Notes under the pieces: generated by a model
Seen by the model: only the letters and a program-made list of their open reading frames with translations
The model's database searches: none
Told to the model about the DNA's origin: nothing
Origin: a virus
Virus record (IMG/VR): IMGVR_UViG_3300043399_000509
Strand: one strand, 5' to 3'
Length of the DNA: 64,000 nucleotides
Made by a program: the position numbers and the translations under genes
Shown here: positions 46,102 to 55,637 of the stretch, one piece after another
How positions within the stretch are numbered: position 1 is the first letter of the stretch
Layout of the letters: every line of letters starts with the position of its first letter

Positions 46102-47382
46102 TTAGTGCCTTATTACAAAGTTGATTGCTTGCTTGAATGTGGTTGCGTTCTCGTTTAGCATTTTTGAGAACTTCTTTTTGTTTTTAGTATTTAGGCTTTC
46201 ATAAACCTGCAATACCTTTTTTGCTACTCGATTATTTAGATTGATAGTTGAATCATTTTCATTGAAGGTCATTTCATATGAGTTGATGTCATTTTCAACA
46301 ATATGCTTGATTTTGTCGAGGTTTGTTTCTTCTCTATATAATCTATCAGCATTATACTTATCTTGTGCACTAATAGTTGATCTTTGTCTGGATGGATCAC
46401 CCACTTTTTCTCTTGGATCAAGAGTGAACGCATATTCTCTCTTACCAGACATCTCTTGGCCGACTTTTTCAGCACGACCAATAGCAGCATCAGCACCTGT
46501 TACTGCGTCAACAGCGGCAGTTAATCCTGCACCTGCTGCTGCACCTAAACCTGCACCTGCGGATGAAGCCTTACCACCTTTTCCCCTTTTAGCAATATCT
46601 CTTGCTTTCTTTGCTTTTTTAGAAATATCTCTTGCTTTCTTTGCTTTTTTAGCAGCGTCATAGGCTTTTTTCGCAATAGAAGCACCTCTTGCCAATAGTC
46701 CTGCCCCTGCTCTTAAAGCAGCCCCACCTAATATTGGAGCGATTAATGGTGCAACTTCATCTAGTTGATGATGCTCTCTTAGAGAAGATACTTTTTGTCT
46801 AAATGATTCGGTTACAGCAGTTGGTTTTGGTGTAACTTCTGTTGCTTTCTTTTTTCTAATGTCCTTGATTTTTGCCATAACATTTTTCAATGCAAGAGCA
46901 TGACTTACACCCAACTTTCTGGAAGTTGACATATCAGATGCCTTGATCATTTGCTTGGCCATATTATAGGCAACTTTTCTTTCCTCTGGAGGAAGGTTCA
47001 TAATCTGTGAGGGAGTAAGTTTTCTTACAACTTTTCTCAGTCCACGTCTTTCAGGCTGTTCTTCCTTGGCAGCTTTATATTGAGCAGCTATTGCAGGATA
47101 TTTTTTTAACAAAGCATCATATGTGTTATCATCCTTGGGTTTTCTTGCCTCATTTAGAGGTGATCCCAGAACATCAGACTTTGGACCAAATGGAATAGAC
47201 ACATACTTGTCTAATGCCTGTGAATAATATAGAACAACCTTTTGATTATCAGGATACACTCTAATAGCCTTTCTTTTTAGAACAAGAACAACAGGAACTT
47301 CTTTATCTGATGGATATCCAGCAGGTCTTCTCTTATCAAACTTAGATAGATGATCTTTGGGTGTTCTTGATTCAGAAGACAT
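46102..47382 (-). CDS. Hypothetical internal head protein
   Basis: VLVLKRKAIRVYPD..KV.LYY....DKY.SIP N-domain, LDE followed by a Gly/Ala hydrophobic segment, conserved-looking C-domain. Confidence 0.6.
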   Translation of the reverse strand: MSSESRTPKDHLSKFDKRRPAGYPSDKEVPVVLVLKRKAIRVYPDNQKVVLYYSQALDKYVSIPFGPKSDVLGSPLNEARKPKDDNTYDALLKKYPAIAAQYKAAKEEQPERRGLRKVVRKLTPSQIMNLPPEERKVAYNMAKQMIKASDMSTSRKLGVSHALALKNVMAKIKDIRKKKATEVTPKPTAVTESFRQKVSSLREHHQLDEVAPLIAPILGGAALRAGAGLLARGASIAKKAYDAAKKAKKARDISKKAKKARDIAKRGKGGKASSAGAGLGAAAGAGLTAAVDAVTGADAAIGRAEKVGQEMSGKREYAFTLDPREKVGDPSRQRSTISAQDKYNADRLYREETNLDKIKHIVENDINSYEMTFNENDSTINLNNRVAKKVLQVYESLNTKNKKKFSKMLNENATTFKQAINFVIRH

Positions 47383-47396
47383 GCTTAATATCCGTT

Positions 47397-47555
47397 TTAT
47401 TCTTGGGTTGGATTTTCAAAAATATTTTGAGCGAGTGTTGTTTTCATTTCTTCGATCTTCTCAAGAGCCTTCTCTGAAAGAACACTATTGATAGATGATC
47501 TCATACCTTCCAGATTGCTTTCAAGAATACAATCCAATGCTTTTTCAATACTCAT
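47397..47555 (-). CDS. gp67: Prohead core protein, gp67-like (52 aa, not in ORF track)
   Basis: MSIEKALDCILESNLEGMRSSINSVLSEKALEKIEEMKTTLAQKYFENPTQE; follows gp20, with GAGGAG RBS and a late promoter. Confidence 0.7.
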   Translation of the reverse strand: MSIEKALDCILESNLEGMRSSINSVLSEKALEKIEEMKTTLAQNIFENPTQE

Positions 47556-47591
47556 GTGATGTTATGCTCCTCTATACTATGTGTAATAATA

Positions 47592-47599
47592 TATTTATA
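47592..47599 (-). promoter_or_regulatory. T4 late promoter (gp67 cluster)
   Basis: TATAAATA overlapping the gp20 stop. Confidence 0.75.
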
Positions 47600-49322
47600 T
47601 TTCATTAGTATTATCATCTGCTAACATTACTTTTTCTGTTGCTGATTGCTTTTTCTTCTTTGTTGTTGCTTTTTTACTCTCTTGTTTTGGCTGCTGCTGT
47701 TGTTGTGTAGGGGCAGCAGGAGGTGGTATTGGTTGTCCAGGTGCTGGTGGAGGTGCAGGCTGTCCAGGTTGTGGTGCCATGGGCTGTTGCATGATTGGTG
47801 TTCCAAACTGATCTACAGGAACAGGATTGCCAAACTGGTCTGTTGGTACTGGTGGAGATTCATTTTGAATCTGGGCATCAATCTCTTGAATTTCTTCATC
47901 AGTCAAATGAAGAACATTTTTACGAACCCATTCCATTGAATAATATCGACCAACATATGGATCAACAAGTTGTAAAATAGAAACTCTGTTTGTTAGGAGT
48001 TCTGCTTCTTTTAGTTCATTGAAGTTATTGTCTTTTTTGAAGTCATACCAGATGTCTTCCTTGAATAGCTGCCATTCTTCTTCAGTGCAAATCTTCTTCA
48101 ATACAAGTTGTACTCTAAGAAGATCATCAAACATGGTTGAGAACTTATTTCTCAATCTTTGTACAAACTTTGTAAACTTCAACTCATCTCTGGTGATTTC
48201 TGTTGTTCTTCCGAGTGAAAATCCTTGGTTTTGTTCCAGTCTTGACATAGGAACACCAAGAGCCTTGTATAGTTTTTTCTCAAAGTATTTGACATCTTCA
48301 AGTTCGCCTAGGTTTTGACCACCAGGAAGGGTTGTGATTTCTGTGCCCTTACCACCTTCACGACGGGGTAGCCAAAAATCTTCAAGCATGGAAAGATGCT
48401 TACGATCATCACGAATCTCACCTGTGGTGCTATCATAAACAAGTTTATTGCGATACTTGACCATGATATCTCTTAGATACTGGTCTGCTTTTACTGTTGG
48501 CATATTACCAACATCGATATAGAAGATTCTGCGTTCAGGAGCACGAGATAGCCTGTAAATAACAGTTGCATCTTCAATCATACGCAACTGGTTTAGTGGC
48601 TTGATCGCCTTATGTAAATATGAGAGAACCATTGCTCTCTTGGCATCCATCAAACCTGAATTGACATTTACGATTGAATCTGTTGCAATGCGAGTTCCAA
48701 GGTTAGAATGTGCCCCAATAACACCACGTTCATTATACAAATAATATTCTTTTTGTTGCTTGATTACTTCCATGCCAGTCTTAGGGTCTTTGGTCTTTTG
48801 AATCTCACGAATCTTACGAATGCGGCGTGGGTCTATGTATCGTAGTTCCTGAATACCCAAGGCAGGATTTACTTCATTGATAACAATATGATAGAACATT
48901 CTTCCGTCGATATACCATCTTCTAAAGATGTCATGACCCATGTTACCAAAGTTTAGAAGTCTAAGTATATTATCAAACTCTTCATTGATCTTATTTTTTA
49001 CATTCTGTGAAATCTTTAGATCATCCATATTGAGTTCAACAGAATGACCGGCATCATCCATGATAATTGCTTCATTGACTATTTCATCAATTGCAGTCTC
49101 AAGTTCAGGCTGCATAGACATTTCACGGTAACGAGTAACAAGTTCAATTTCATTTCTTACAACACCATCAAGGTCAACATATGTTCCATAGTAAGCACCA
49201 GATTGTATGGTGACTGCACCATCATCATTCTGTGGTAGAGCAAATGTTTTTTGTTGTTCTGCTGTCTTAGGGTTTTCTTGTGGCTTACGTCCTATCTCAA
49301 ACCCAAAAAGTGTTATCGCCAT
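47595..49322 (-). CDS. gp20: Portal vertex protein (gp20) with Pro/Gln-rich C-terminal extension
   Basis: YLHKAIKPLNQLRMIEDA.VIYR..RAPERRIFYIDVGN, EDFWLPRREGGKGTEITTLPGG and RDELKF. Confidence 0.98.
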   Translation of the reverse strand: MAITLFGFEIGRKPQENPKTAEQQKTFALPQNDDGAVTIQSGAYYGTYVDLDGVVRNEIELVTRYREMSMQPELETAIDEIVNEAIIMDDAGHSVELNMDDLKISQNVKNKINEEFDNILRLLNFGNMGHDIFRRWYIDGRMFYHIVINEVNPALGIQELRYIDPRRIRKIREIQKTKDPKTGMEVIKQQKEYYLYNERGVIGAHSNLGTRIATDSIVNVNSGLMDAKRAMVLSYLHKAIKPLNQLRMIEDATVIYRLSRAPERRIFYIDVGNMPTVKADQYLRDIMVKYRNKLVYDSTTGEIRDDRKHLSMLEDFWLPRREGGKGTEITTLPGGQNLGELEDVKYFEKKLYKALGVPMSRLEQNQGFSLGRTTEITRDELKFTKFVQRLRNKFSTMFDDLLRVQLVLKKICTEEEWQLFKEDIWYDFKKDNNFNELKEAELLTNRVSILQLVDPYVGRYYSMEWVRKNVLHLTDEEIQEIDAQIQNESPPVPTDQFGNPVPVDQFGTPIMQQPMAPQPGQPAPPPAPGQPIPPPAAPTQQQQQPKQESKKATTKKKKQSATEKVMLADDNTNEI

Positions 49323-49373
49323 AATTTATCCAGCCTTCTTTATGTTACTGATCATTATATATAGTTGTCGTTA

Positions 49374-49412
49374 TTATACACCATATGAGATCACTTCTCA
49401 TATGGTGTATAA
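49374..49412. repeat. 17-bp perfect inverted repeat between gp19 and gp20
   Basis: TTATACACCATATGAGA-TCACT-TCTCATATGGTGTATAA. Confidence 0.9.
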
Positions 49413-49433
49413 ACTTTTTCTGCCATAATATTA

Positions 49434-50042
49434 TTATGGAATGATTGGAAGAATTGGACTTGTTGTGACATTTGCACCAAGAGTATCTGTGGTTGGTCCG
49501 TTTGAACCACCAGCCCACTCCCACCATTGATATGCAAAGGTTACAGCATATTCTTCAATGGTATCATTAGCACCCCAATCAAGTTCAATTGGAGAAAGGT
49601 CTATTGGGAACATACCAATAAACTTATACTTCTTAGAAGGTGTGCCATCCTTATTGAATTGTGTAACGTAACCGTCCTGTTGATATCCACCATCACCCTT
49701 GGTGAATGCTGGATTTCTTAGGTTTCCGCTATGTGAGTTCATACCACTCATCCACTTTTCAAAAGCATCACGAATGGTAAAATCTTCATCATTGATAATG
49801 GTTACTGTCCATTCTGTAAACTGACGATTGCCAGCAAACTTTAGTTCACGACCAAAGTAAAACTGAGGAATCTGGTTTACTGTTGAACCAGGAAGCTGAG
49901 CAGCACGAGCCATAAATGAAAACTGTGTCTGTGCTCCTCCACCAGCAGTTAGTGTGGGAAAAGTTAGATCACACTGAAATAAATTAGGACGGGCACCGTC
50001 ATAATTCATCTGTGCTCTAAATTCTTGTACTTTGAAAGCCAT
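49434..50042 (-). CDS. gp19: Tail tube protein (gp19)
   Basis: GARPNLF, AAQLPGS, AGNRQF.EWTVTIINDEDF and FP..LS.IELDW. Confidence 0.96.
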   Translation of the reverse strand: MAFKVQEFRAQMNYDGARPNLFQCDLTFPTLTAGGGAQTQFSFMARAAQLPGSTVNQIPQFYFGRELKFAGNRQFTEWTVTIINDEDFTIRDAFEKWMSGMNSHSGNLRNPAFTKGDGGYQQDGYVTQFNKDGTPSKKYKFIGMFPIDLSPIELDWGANDTIEEYAVTFAYQWWEWAGGSNGPTTDTLGANVTTSPILPIIP

Positions 50043-50068
50043 TTTAGTAAAACTCCTTGTTATGTGAC

Positions 50069-50076
50069 TATTTATA
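50069..50076 (-). promoter_or_regulatory. T4 late promoter (gp19)
   Basis: TATAAATA. Confidence 0.85.
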
Positions 50077-50084
50077 TACTAATA

Positions 50085-51788
50085 TTAGAATTTACCAACA
50101 ATTTCTTCAAATGCAACACCAGTTCTAACAGCCACGAAGTTGAGCTGAATGTAGTTGATGCTACGAGCAGGCTTGATATAAATGTCACCGATAAACTCGT
50201 TACGATCAATAACTTCAGGAGTATTATTTGTTGTATCGCAAACAACCTTGAAATCGTAGATACCACGACGACCCTGTACGTCACGAAGGAATGGCTCAAC
50301 TAGTGCAACAAATTGTGCTCTGGTGAATTCATCGTTGAACTCAAAGAGTGAGTACTTGGCAGCACGGGCAATAGCTTTTTCAAGAACAATGAATAGACGA
50401 CGAACGTTGATACGATCAAACGCAGATGGTTTAGCCTGCATTGTCTTATCACCATAAAGGACAACACCTTCACCTGGGAACGAAACAACAGGATTGATGC
50501 CATTCTTATAAAGTTCGTCACGGTCTGTCTTGTCTGGATTCCAGGCAAGTTTTACAACATTCTTGATCTGACCACGGTTGAAACCAGCGGGTGAATACCA
50601 AGGATCACGGTCAAAGTCTGTACGAACACAAAGACCGGCAATATCAGCATTAAGAGGAACCCAACGATATACATTGTTATACTTATCAAACTGATACTTC
50701 CAACCAGAATCCATGACGGCATATGAGGTTGATCTCTGGATTGTGGCATTTCTGTATGCAACAGCATCTTCGGCTTCATCACCAATATTGTTTACAACAT
50801 CGGCTCTTTCGGGTGAGATAAAAGCAACACAATCTTTTCTATATTCAACAAGATTATCAATAACGTGTTGAACAACATTTGAAGATGCAGCACCAGTAAC
50901 AACAAGAGAAATATCAACTTCTTCAGAGTTTCTAAACTTATCATATGCTAGATTGATATTACCATCGGTTGGTGAAGCGTCAATGCCACCAGCAAGAGAT
51001 GCTGTATATGAGTTATTGTCCTGAATAAATGTTGTATTAGATGCTGCTGATCCCCAGTTCATATTTGCTGCGGGTTCATTTGGCTTATTGATAACATAAA
51101 CATAACGTGAACGATCATTAATAACATTTACATAATAATTGCTTGAACCATCATCATTCGTAGCATCAACAGCCTTAGAAACATAACCAAATTTTTCAAG
51201 AACAGTATTGGAACTACCTGTGAATTTTCCATCTTCATCAACAATGATAATATGCATTTCATCATTTGCTGATCTATTTGCAACACCATATGTTGATGTC
51301 CCTGGAACACCATTAAATTCTTCTGTATATTCCCAGGAAGAATACGCATTTGAGTTTGCAGATGCGAAAACAGATATCTTTAGAGAGTTTCCTAATGATC
51401 CGGGATATCTTGCGGCAAACTGACCGTAAGTATTGGATGCTGATAGATCAAGATATTCTATCTCATATTGATCTCTATTTTTGATTAGAATACCATTAGC
51501 ATTTGAGGTTGCATTTTTAGCAACAGAAGTATTAGCTGCACGGACAACCTTTAGGTTCTGTCCATAAGCCAAGAAGTTTGCAGCAGAGAAAAATGATGTA
51601 AATGTATCATTTGTGGGTTTGCCAAAAGTATTGACAAGTTCAACTTCATTGCTTAGTGTTACAATAGCGTCAACTGGACCCCAGACGAAATTTCCAACAA
51701 AAGCACCTTCTGTGGTGCCAACTGATGGAACAATCGTGGTTAGGTCATACTCTTTGACATAGACGCCTGGTGAAAGGTAAAAAGCCAT
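50085..51788 (-). CDS. gp18: Tail sheath protein (gp18)
   Basis: SPGVYVKEYDLT, PWYSPAGFNRG, SAFDRINVRRLF and IKPARSINYI.LNFVA. Confidence 0.98.
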   Translation of the reverse strand: MAFYLSPGVYVKEYDLTTIVPSVGTTEGAFVGNFVWGPVDAIVTLSNEVELVNTFGKPTNDTFTSFFSAANFLAYGQNLKVVRAANTSVAKNATSNANGILIKNRDQYEIEYLDLSASNTYGQFAARYPGSLGNSLKISVFASANSNAYSSWEYTEEFNGVPGTSTYGVANRSANDEMHIIIVDEDGKFTGSSNTVLEKFGYVSKAVDATNDDGSSNYYVNVINDRSRYVYVINKPNEPAANMNWGSAASNTTFIQDNNSYTASLAGGIDASPTDGNINLAYDKFRNSEEVDISLVVTGAASSNVVQHVIDNLVEYRKDCVAFISPERADVVNNIGDEAEDAVAYRNATIQRSTSYAVMDSGWKYQFDKYNNVYRWVPLNADIAGLCVRTDFDRDPWYSPAGFNRGQIKNVVKLAWNPDKTDRDELYKNGINPVVSFPGEGVVLYGDKTMQAKPSAFDRINVRRLFIVLEKAIARAAKYSLFEFNDEFTRAQFVALVEPFLRDVQGRRGIYDFKVVCDTTNNTPEVIDRNEFIGDIYIKPARSINYIQLNFVAVRTGVAFEEIVGKF

Positions 51789-51861
51789 TTTTATACACTC
51801 CTTTGTGTAGGATTGGTTATAGTTATAATTCTTACCTTACTATTTAGAATTTTGGGTATTT

Positions 51862-53538
51862 TCAAAGTTTATGTTTATTGCTGAGAATATCAAATTCGAC
51901 CATATCGAATGGGTATCTACTTTTTCTATCGGTAACCCAAACATCACCATCAGCATCAATATTCCTATCAAAAGGATCATCAAGACCATTATCAATAAGA
52001 CCAAAGGGAATAATGTCCTGATCCATAACATTCAATTGTTCTTGTTGTAGAGATTGTCTTATGTCATTATTAATATTTTCTTTGAAGTATCTTTGAGCAG
52101 TCAACCATCCAAAATGGACTAAAGTCATGGCTAAATCATCCGTATTACCTTCTTCTGCCTTGAATGTTTTCTTATCGGCAGAGAAAGTTGTCAGTTCCAT
52201 GATTGTGTCAGCATCATTGATTATAAGCTTATCAGACTCAATAAGAGTTTTGAGATTCGCACAGCCAGTAATCTTTGTCTGGTGTGTGGTTTTTAGACCA
52301 TAGGCAATCTTTTTCTTGAATCCAGGTGAATGTTGCTGACCCTGCTTACCCTTCATTTCAATTTTGATTAGGTTTTCATAGGCAAGCTCATGATGCAAAA
52401 TATCAGCAACCTGTAGACCGATTGAATTGATTTCTACAAGAACAAAAGCTTCATTATATTTTTGAGCCGCCTGTAAGATTACGGTTGGAAACAAGAGAGG
52501 GGTAATGGCATTGTTTCTATACTTGGCTACTAATCTATAAGGAATAGATGTCACATCAATAATAGAGAATGCAGAATAATCCAGATTTTGACCTTCTGCC
52601 ACATCAACTGTCATACAATAAGTATGTCCAGGCTCGGGTTCTTTATGAACATCAAGACAGCCATCTGTATAAAGTGGATTATGCCAGACAAGAGATGATA
52701 GTTTTGCAGGATGGATTAGGGTGTTTGTTGAACCAATAAAGTCGCACTCAAACTCTTGACGAAATTGGTCGGCAGATGTGTTACGAATGGTCTGTTCTTT
52801 CCATGCTTCATCACGACCAGGAACCATAGACCAATGAATTTCAATAGGTTTATAATCTGACCTTTTCTCAACTGCATCGTTCCACATTCTATAAAATAGG
52901 TTCAACCCATTTGGTGTTGAAACGATGATGACCTTTGTTGTCTTACCAGAAGAAATGGTGGGATAGGTAGACATGAAGAACGCTTCGGCAATATTATTAG
53001 GCACGAACGCAAACTCGTCCAAGAATATGATGTTGAATGATCGACCACGAACAGAACTGCCTGATGTTGAATCTGCTATTGCTCTTGATCCATTGGAAAG
53101 CTCTATAGAACCCTTGTTCCATTCAACCACTCCTTGCTGTAAGAACTTGGGTAAGTATTCAAATGCAAGCTGCAATCTTCCCATGATTTCACGGGCTGTT
53201 GCCGACTTGTTGGCAAGAATAGCAACATTATAGTTTTCGTTGAAAAGAACAGAATGCAGCAAATATGCAACAGATGTTGTTGTTTTACCTACCTGTCGGG
53301 GAAGTTTACAAATAGAGAATCGTTCATCATGAAACGATTGAAGCATGTCCTTTTGAAAATCCCACATCTCAAAGGGCATAAGACCTTTATCAACGTTGAT
53401 GATTTTCATGTAGGTTGTGGCAAAATATACAGGATCGTTGGCACACTTAATAAACTCATCTATCTCTTTTTGGGTGAAAGTGTGCTTGTAATCGGACCTC
53501 GGTAAGTTTGGATTATTGTTATAGCCTTTAGATGCCAT
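51862..53538 (-). CDS. gp17: Terminase large subunit (gp17)
   Basis: PRQVGKTT, FLDEFAF, IVSTPNG, QEFEC, VDVAEG..DYS and DDLAM. Confidence 0.98.
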   Translation of the reverse strand: MASKGYNNNPNLPRSDYKHTFTQKEIDEFIKCANDPVYFATTYMKIINVDKGLMPFEMWDFQKDMLQSFHDERFSICKLPRQVGKTTTSVAYLLHSVLFNENYNVAILANKSATAREIMGRLQLAFEYLPKFLQQGVVEWNKGSIELSNGSRAIADSTSGSSVRGRSFNIIFLDEFAFVPNNIAEAFFMSTYPTISSGKTTKVIIVSTPNGLNLFYRMWNDAVEKRSDYKPIEIHWSMVPGRDEAWKEQTIRNTSADQFRQEFECDFIGSTNTLIHPAKLSSLVWHNPLYTDGCLDVHKEPEPGHTYCMTVDVAEGQNLDYSAFSIIDVTSIPYRLVAKYRNNAITPLLFPTVILQAAQKYNEAFVLVEINSIGLQVADILHHELAYENLIKIEMKGKQGQQHSPGFKKKIAYGLKTTHQTKITGCANLKTLIESDKLIINDADTIMELTTFSADKKTFKAEEGNTDDLAMTLVHFGWLTAQRYFKENINNDIRQSLQQEQLNVMDQDIIPFGLIDNGLDDPFDRNIDADGDVWVTDRKSRYPFDMVEFDILSNKHKL

Positions 53539-53988
53539 TTACTTGTTTTTCTTTTTCACTTTTTCTATACTTAGATTTTGAGGTTTTGATTCTGGTTTTA
53601 GTGTCACTTCATTTTCATATGGATTATTAAATCTATTTTGCATTGTAGCGTGCCAATCGATGTCTGAGTGATGAACATCAGCACTTACGGTATGTGTGTG
53701 ATTTCCTGTGTTTATTACATCTGGGGACCAATGTGTGCCAAGATTTTTGGTATTTACCTGACGACCTTTAGATATTTTAAGAGTTCTATTGAGTCTAATG
53801 AAACCATCCTTATTTATTTTTGACTTTAAATCTCTCACAACACTCTTATGATAGTTTTCTGGAGAAGATGCGTCATAACCCATTTCTTTAGCCTCATCAG
53901 CATAAAATGGAAGTTCATCTCCTTTTATTTGTTTGTATGTTGGTATCTTAAGTTTTTCTTCTGTAATAAAATCTTTGAACGATTTCAT
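53539..53988 (-). CDS. Putative internal head protein with ADP-ribosyltransferase-like motifs
   Basis: MKSFKDFITEE capsid-targeting leader; LNR / GTHWS / ENEV order resembles the R-S-E ART fold. Confidence 0.5.
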   Translation of the reverse strand: MKSFKDFITEEKLKIPTYKQIKGDELPFYADEAKEMGYDASSPENYHKSVVRDLKSKINKDGFIRLNRTLKISKGRQVNTKNLGTHWSPDVINTGNHTHTVSADVHHSDIDWHATMQNRFNNPYENEVTLKPESKPQNLSIEKVKKKNK

Positions 53989-54173
53989 TTGTTTTCTAAT
54001 CTCTCCCAGACCTTATCAAATACAGCATCCTCACCTTTGAGGAATGATAGATTGATGCTATGATTTTTAGTTATGGTTAGTAACTCTGTATAAAAAGATT
54101 CCCTTGATTCTTCAGGGATATGTTTTATGATCAAATAAAGTAGCTCGTGAAAAAGTGTTACTACACAAGACAT
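53985..54173 (-). CDS. Hypothetical protein
   Basis: 62-aa ORF between gp16 and gp17. Confidence 0.5.
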   Translation of the reverse strand: MSCVVTLFHELLYLIIKHIPEESRESFYTELLTITKNHSINLSFLKGEDAVFDKVWERLENK

Positions 54174-54176
54174 TCT

Positions 54177-54611
54177 TTACTCCTTATTCTTTATCTGCTT
54201 TAGTAAATCACTTGTTGTTCCAACAAATACTGCCTTTTCAACTGTGATTGCCCCTTCATCAACCTTCTTTTTACCAGCATCGGTTAGCATATCTTTCTTT
54301 TTCTTTTGAAGGTCATACAACTGATTAGAAGTTTCGGCCACAGTTTTCATCATCTGGGCTAATACCTCATATGCTCTGGGATGCTCTGTATTACGAGCCA
54401 AAGCAATCATTTCGTCAATAACAACATCACCATTCTTTACGATGTTTCTGAGGGTATCACGAGTGAGATTGTAATCATCTTCAATATGATCGCCTGTTAT
54501 CTTTTCAGGCTTATGTAGAGGCATAATCTCCTGTTTTGTTTCAGGTTTTGATATCTCTACTGGAAGCCCAAGTAACTCACTCATTTTCTTGTCAAGGTCA
54601 TTCATAATCAT
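54177..54611 (-). CDS. gp16: Terminase small subunit (gp16)
   Basis: DDYNLTRDTL, EHPRAYEV and AVFVGTTSDLLK. Confidence 0.92.
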   Translation of the reverse strand: MIMNDLDKKMSELLGLPVEISKPETKQEIMPLHKPEKITGDHIEDDYNLTRDTLRNIVKNGDVVIDEMIALARNTEHPRAYEVLAQMMKTVAETSNQLYDLQKKKKDMLTDAGKKKVDEGAITVEKAVFVGTTSDLLKQIKNKE

Positions 54612-55618
54612 TCCTCAGTTTCAGGCCATTCTTTAATCTGCACATCATATCCAAAATCATCTCCAGGTTCGGCATCTATTGGATCAGGTTCAACTGTAAT
54701 CTGGGCAAGCTTGATGGGGGTTGCATCAAAACTAGCTATTTGATATACAGCATTTGTTGATACTGCACGGATAGTATTGTTTACTGTAAAGTTTCCTTGG
54801 ACAGCACCAAGAACAAGTTTATCAAGTTCTGGGCTATAATCATTCACGAGACCATATGCAGTTGCTGTGTCAAATCTGTCCCCTTGATAAACAGTATCGC
54901 TCATAATGAACTTTCCGTTGCCAGAACCAAGATTTATCTTGGTAATATAACCACGAACCAGATTTGGATCGTTGAAGATGTTTGCGATAGACTTGCGAAT
55001 AATCTTTGGTTTGGAAATAGGACCAAAGAAGTATCCCTTTACTGTAAAGGTCAAAGTCCAGTATACATATCTAACTGAATCATTATCACCTTCATACTGA
55101 ACGTTTTGCTGAACACTATTGAGTAGTATTGGAATATCCTTTAGAAATCCAAGTTCTGTTACAGGATTTATTGTGACTGTGTAATCAGGATTGAAATATG
55201 GAAGTATTTGTTCTACAATATGAGCACCATCATCTATGGTCTTGCTGTATACATTGACCTCAAACGAAATATCATAGGGCACACCCATATATTGTGAGGC
55301 AACTCTGGATGAAGAATCAGCAGCGGCAATCTTTAGTAGAGAAGATTGTTTTCTGCTTGGATCATATGAAATATTGGTTATCTCAAAAGACATTCTTGGT
55401 AGGATAGCCTGAACATCTCTATACAGGTCAGGGTCAGAGTTTAGACGAGTAACCATTTTGTCTTTTGGTGCATAGATAATAGGCACCTTGAACCTGGATA
55501 CTTCTACATTATTGTCTTTACTTTGATAACGAACAACGACAATATTATTGAAAATATTACCCATTATAATGACATATTTTCTTAGAAGCTTATAATAGAA
55601 ATGTGTATTGCTTAGCGT
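54608..55618 (-). CDS. gp15: Tail sheath stabilizer / tail terminator (gp15); probable ACG start
   Basis: HFY...RKYVI.MG.IFNNI, VPI.YAPK.K, LPRMSFE, QILPYFNP and W.L.F..KG..FGP. The conserved N-terminus extends upstream of the first ATG (55564). Confidence 0.9.
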   Translation of the reverse strand, partial: TLSNTHFYYKLLRKYVIIMGNIFNNIVVVRYQSKDNNVEVSRFKVPIIYAPKDKMVTRLNSDPDLYRDVQAILPRMSFEITNISYDPSRKQSSLLKIAAADSSSRVASQYMGVPYDISFEVNVYSKTIDDGAHIVEQILPYFNPDYTVTINPVTELGFLKDIPILLNSVQQNVQYEGDNDSVRYVYWTLTFTVKGYFFGPISKPKIIRKSIANIFNDPNLVRGYITKINLGSGNGKFIMSDTVYQGDRFDTATAYGLVNDYSPELDKLVLGAVQGNFTVNNTIRAVSTNAVYQIASFDATPIKLAQITVEPDPIDAEPGDDFGYDVQIKEWPETEE

Positions 55619-55637
55619 GACACAGACTCCTTTACGA

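Noticed and set aside
1535-53538. Inteins or introns in gp43, gp46, uvsW, gp17 or gp20, and stop-codon reassignment
   Set aside because: All are of normal length and continuous under the standard code.
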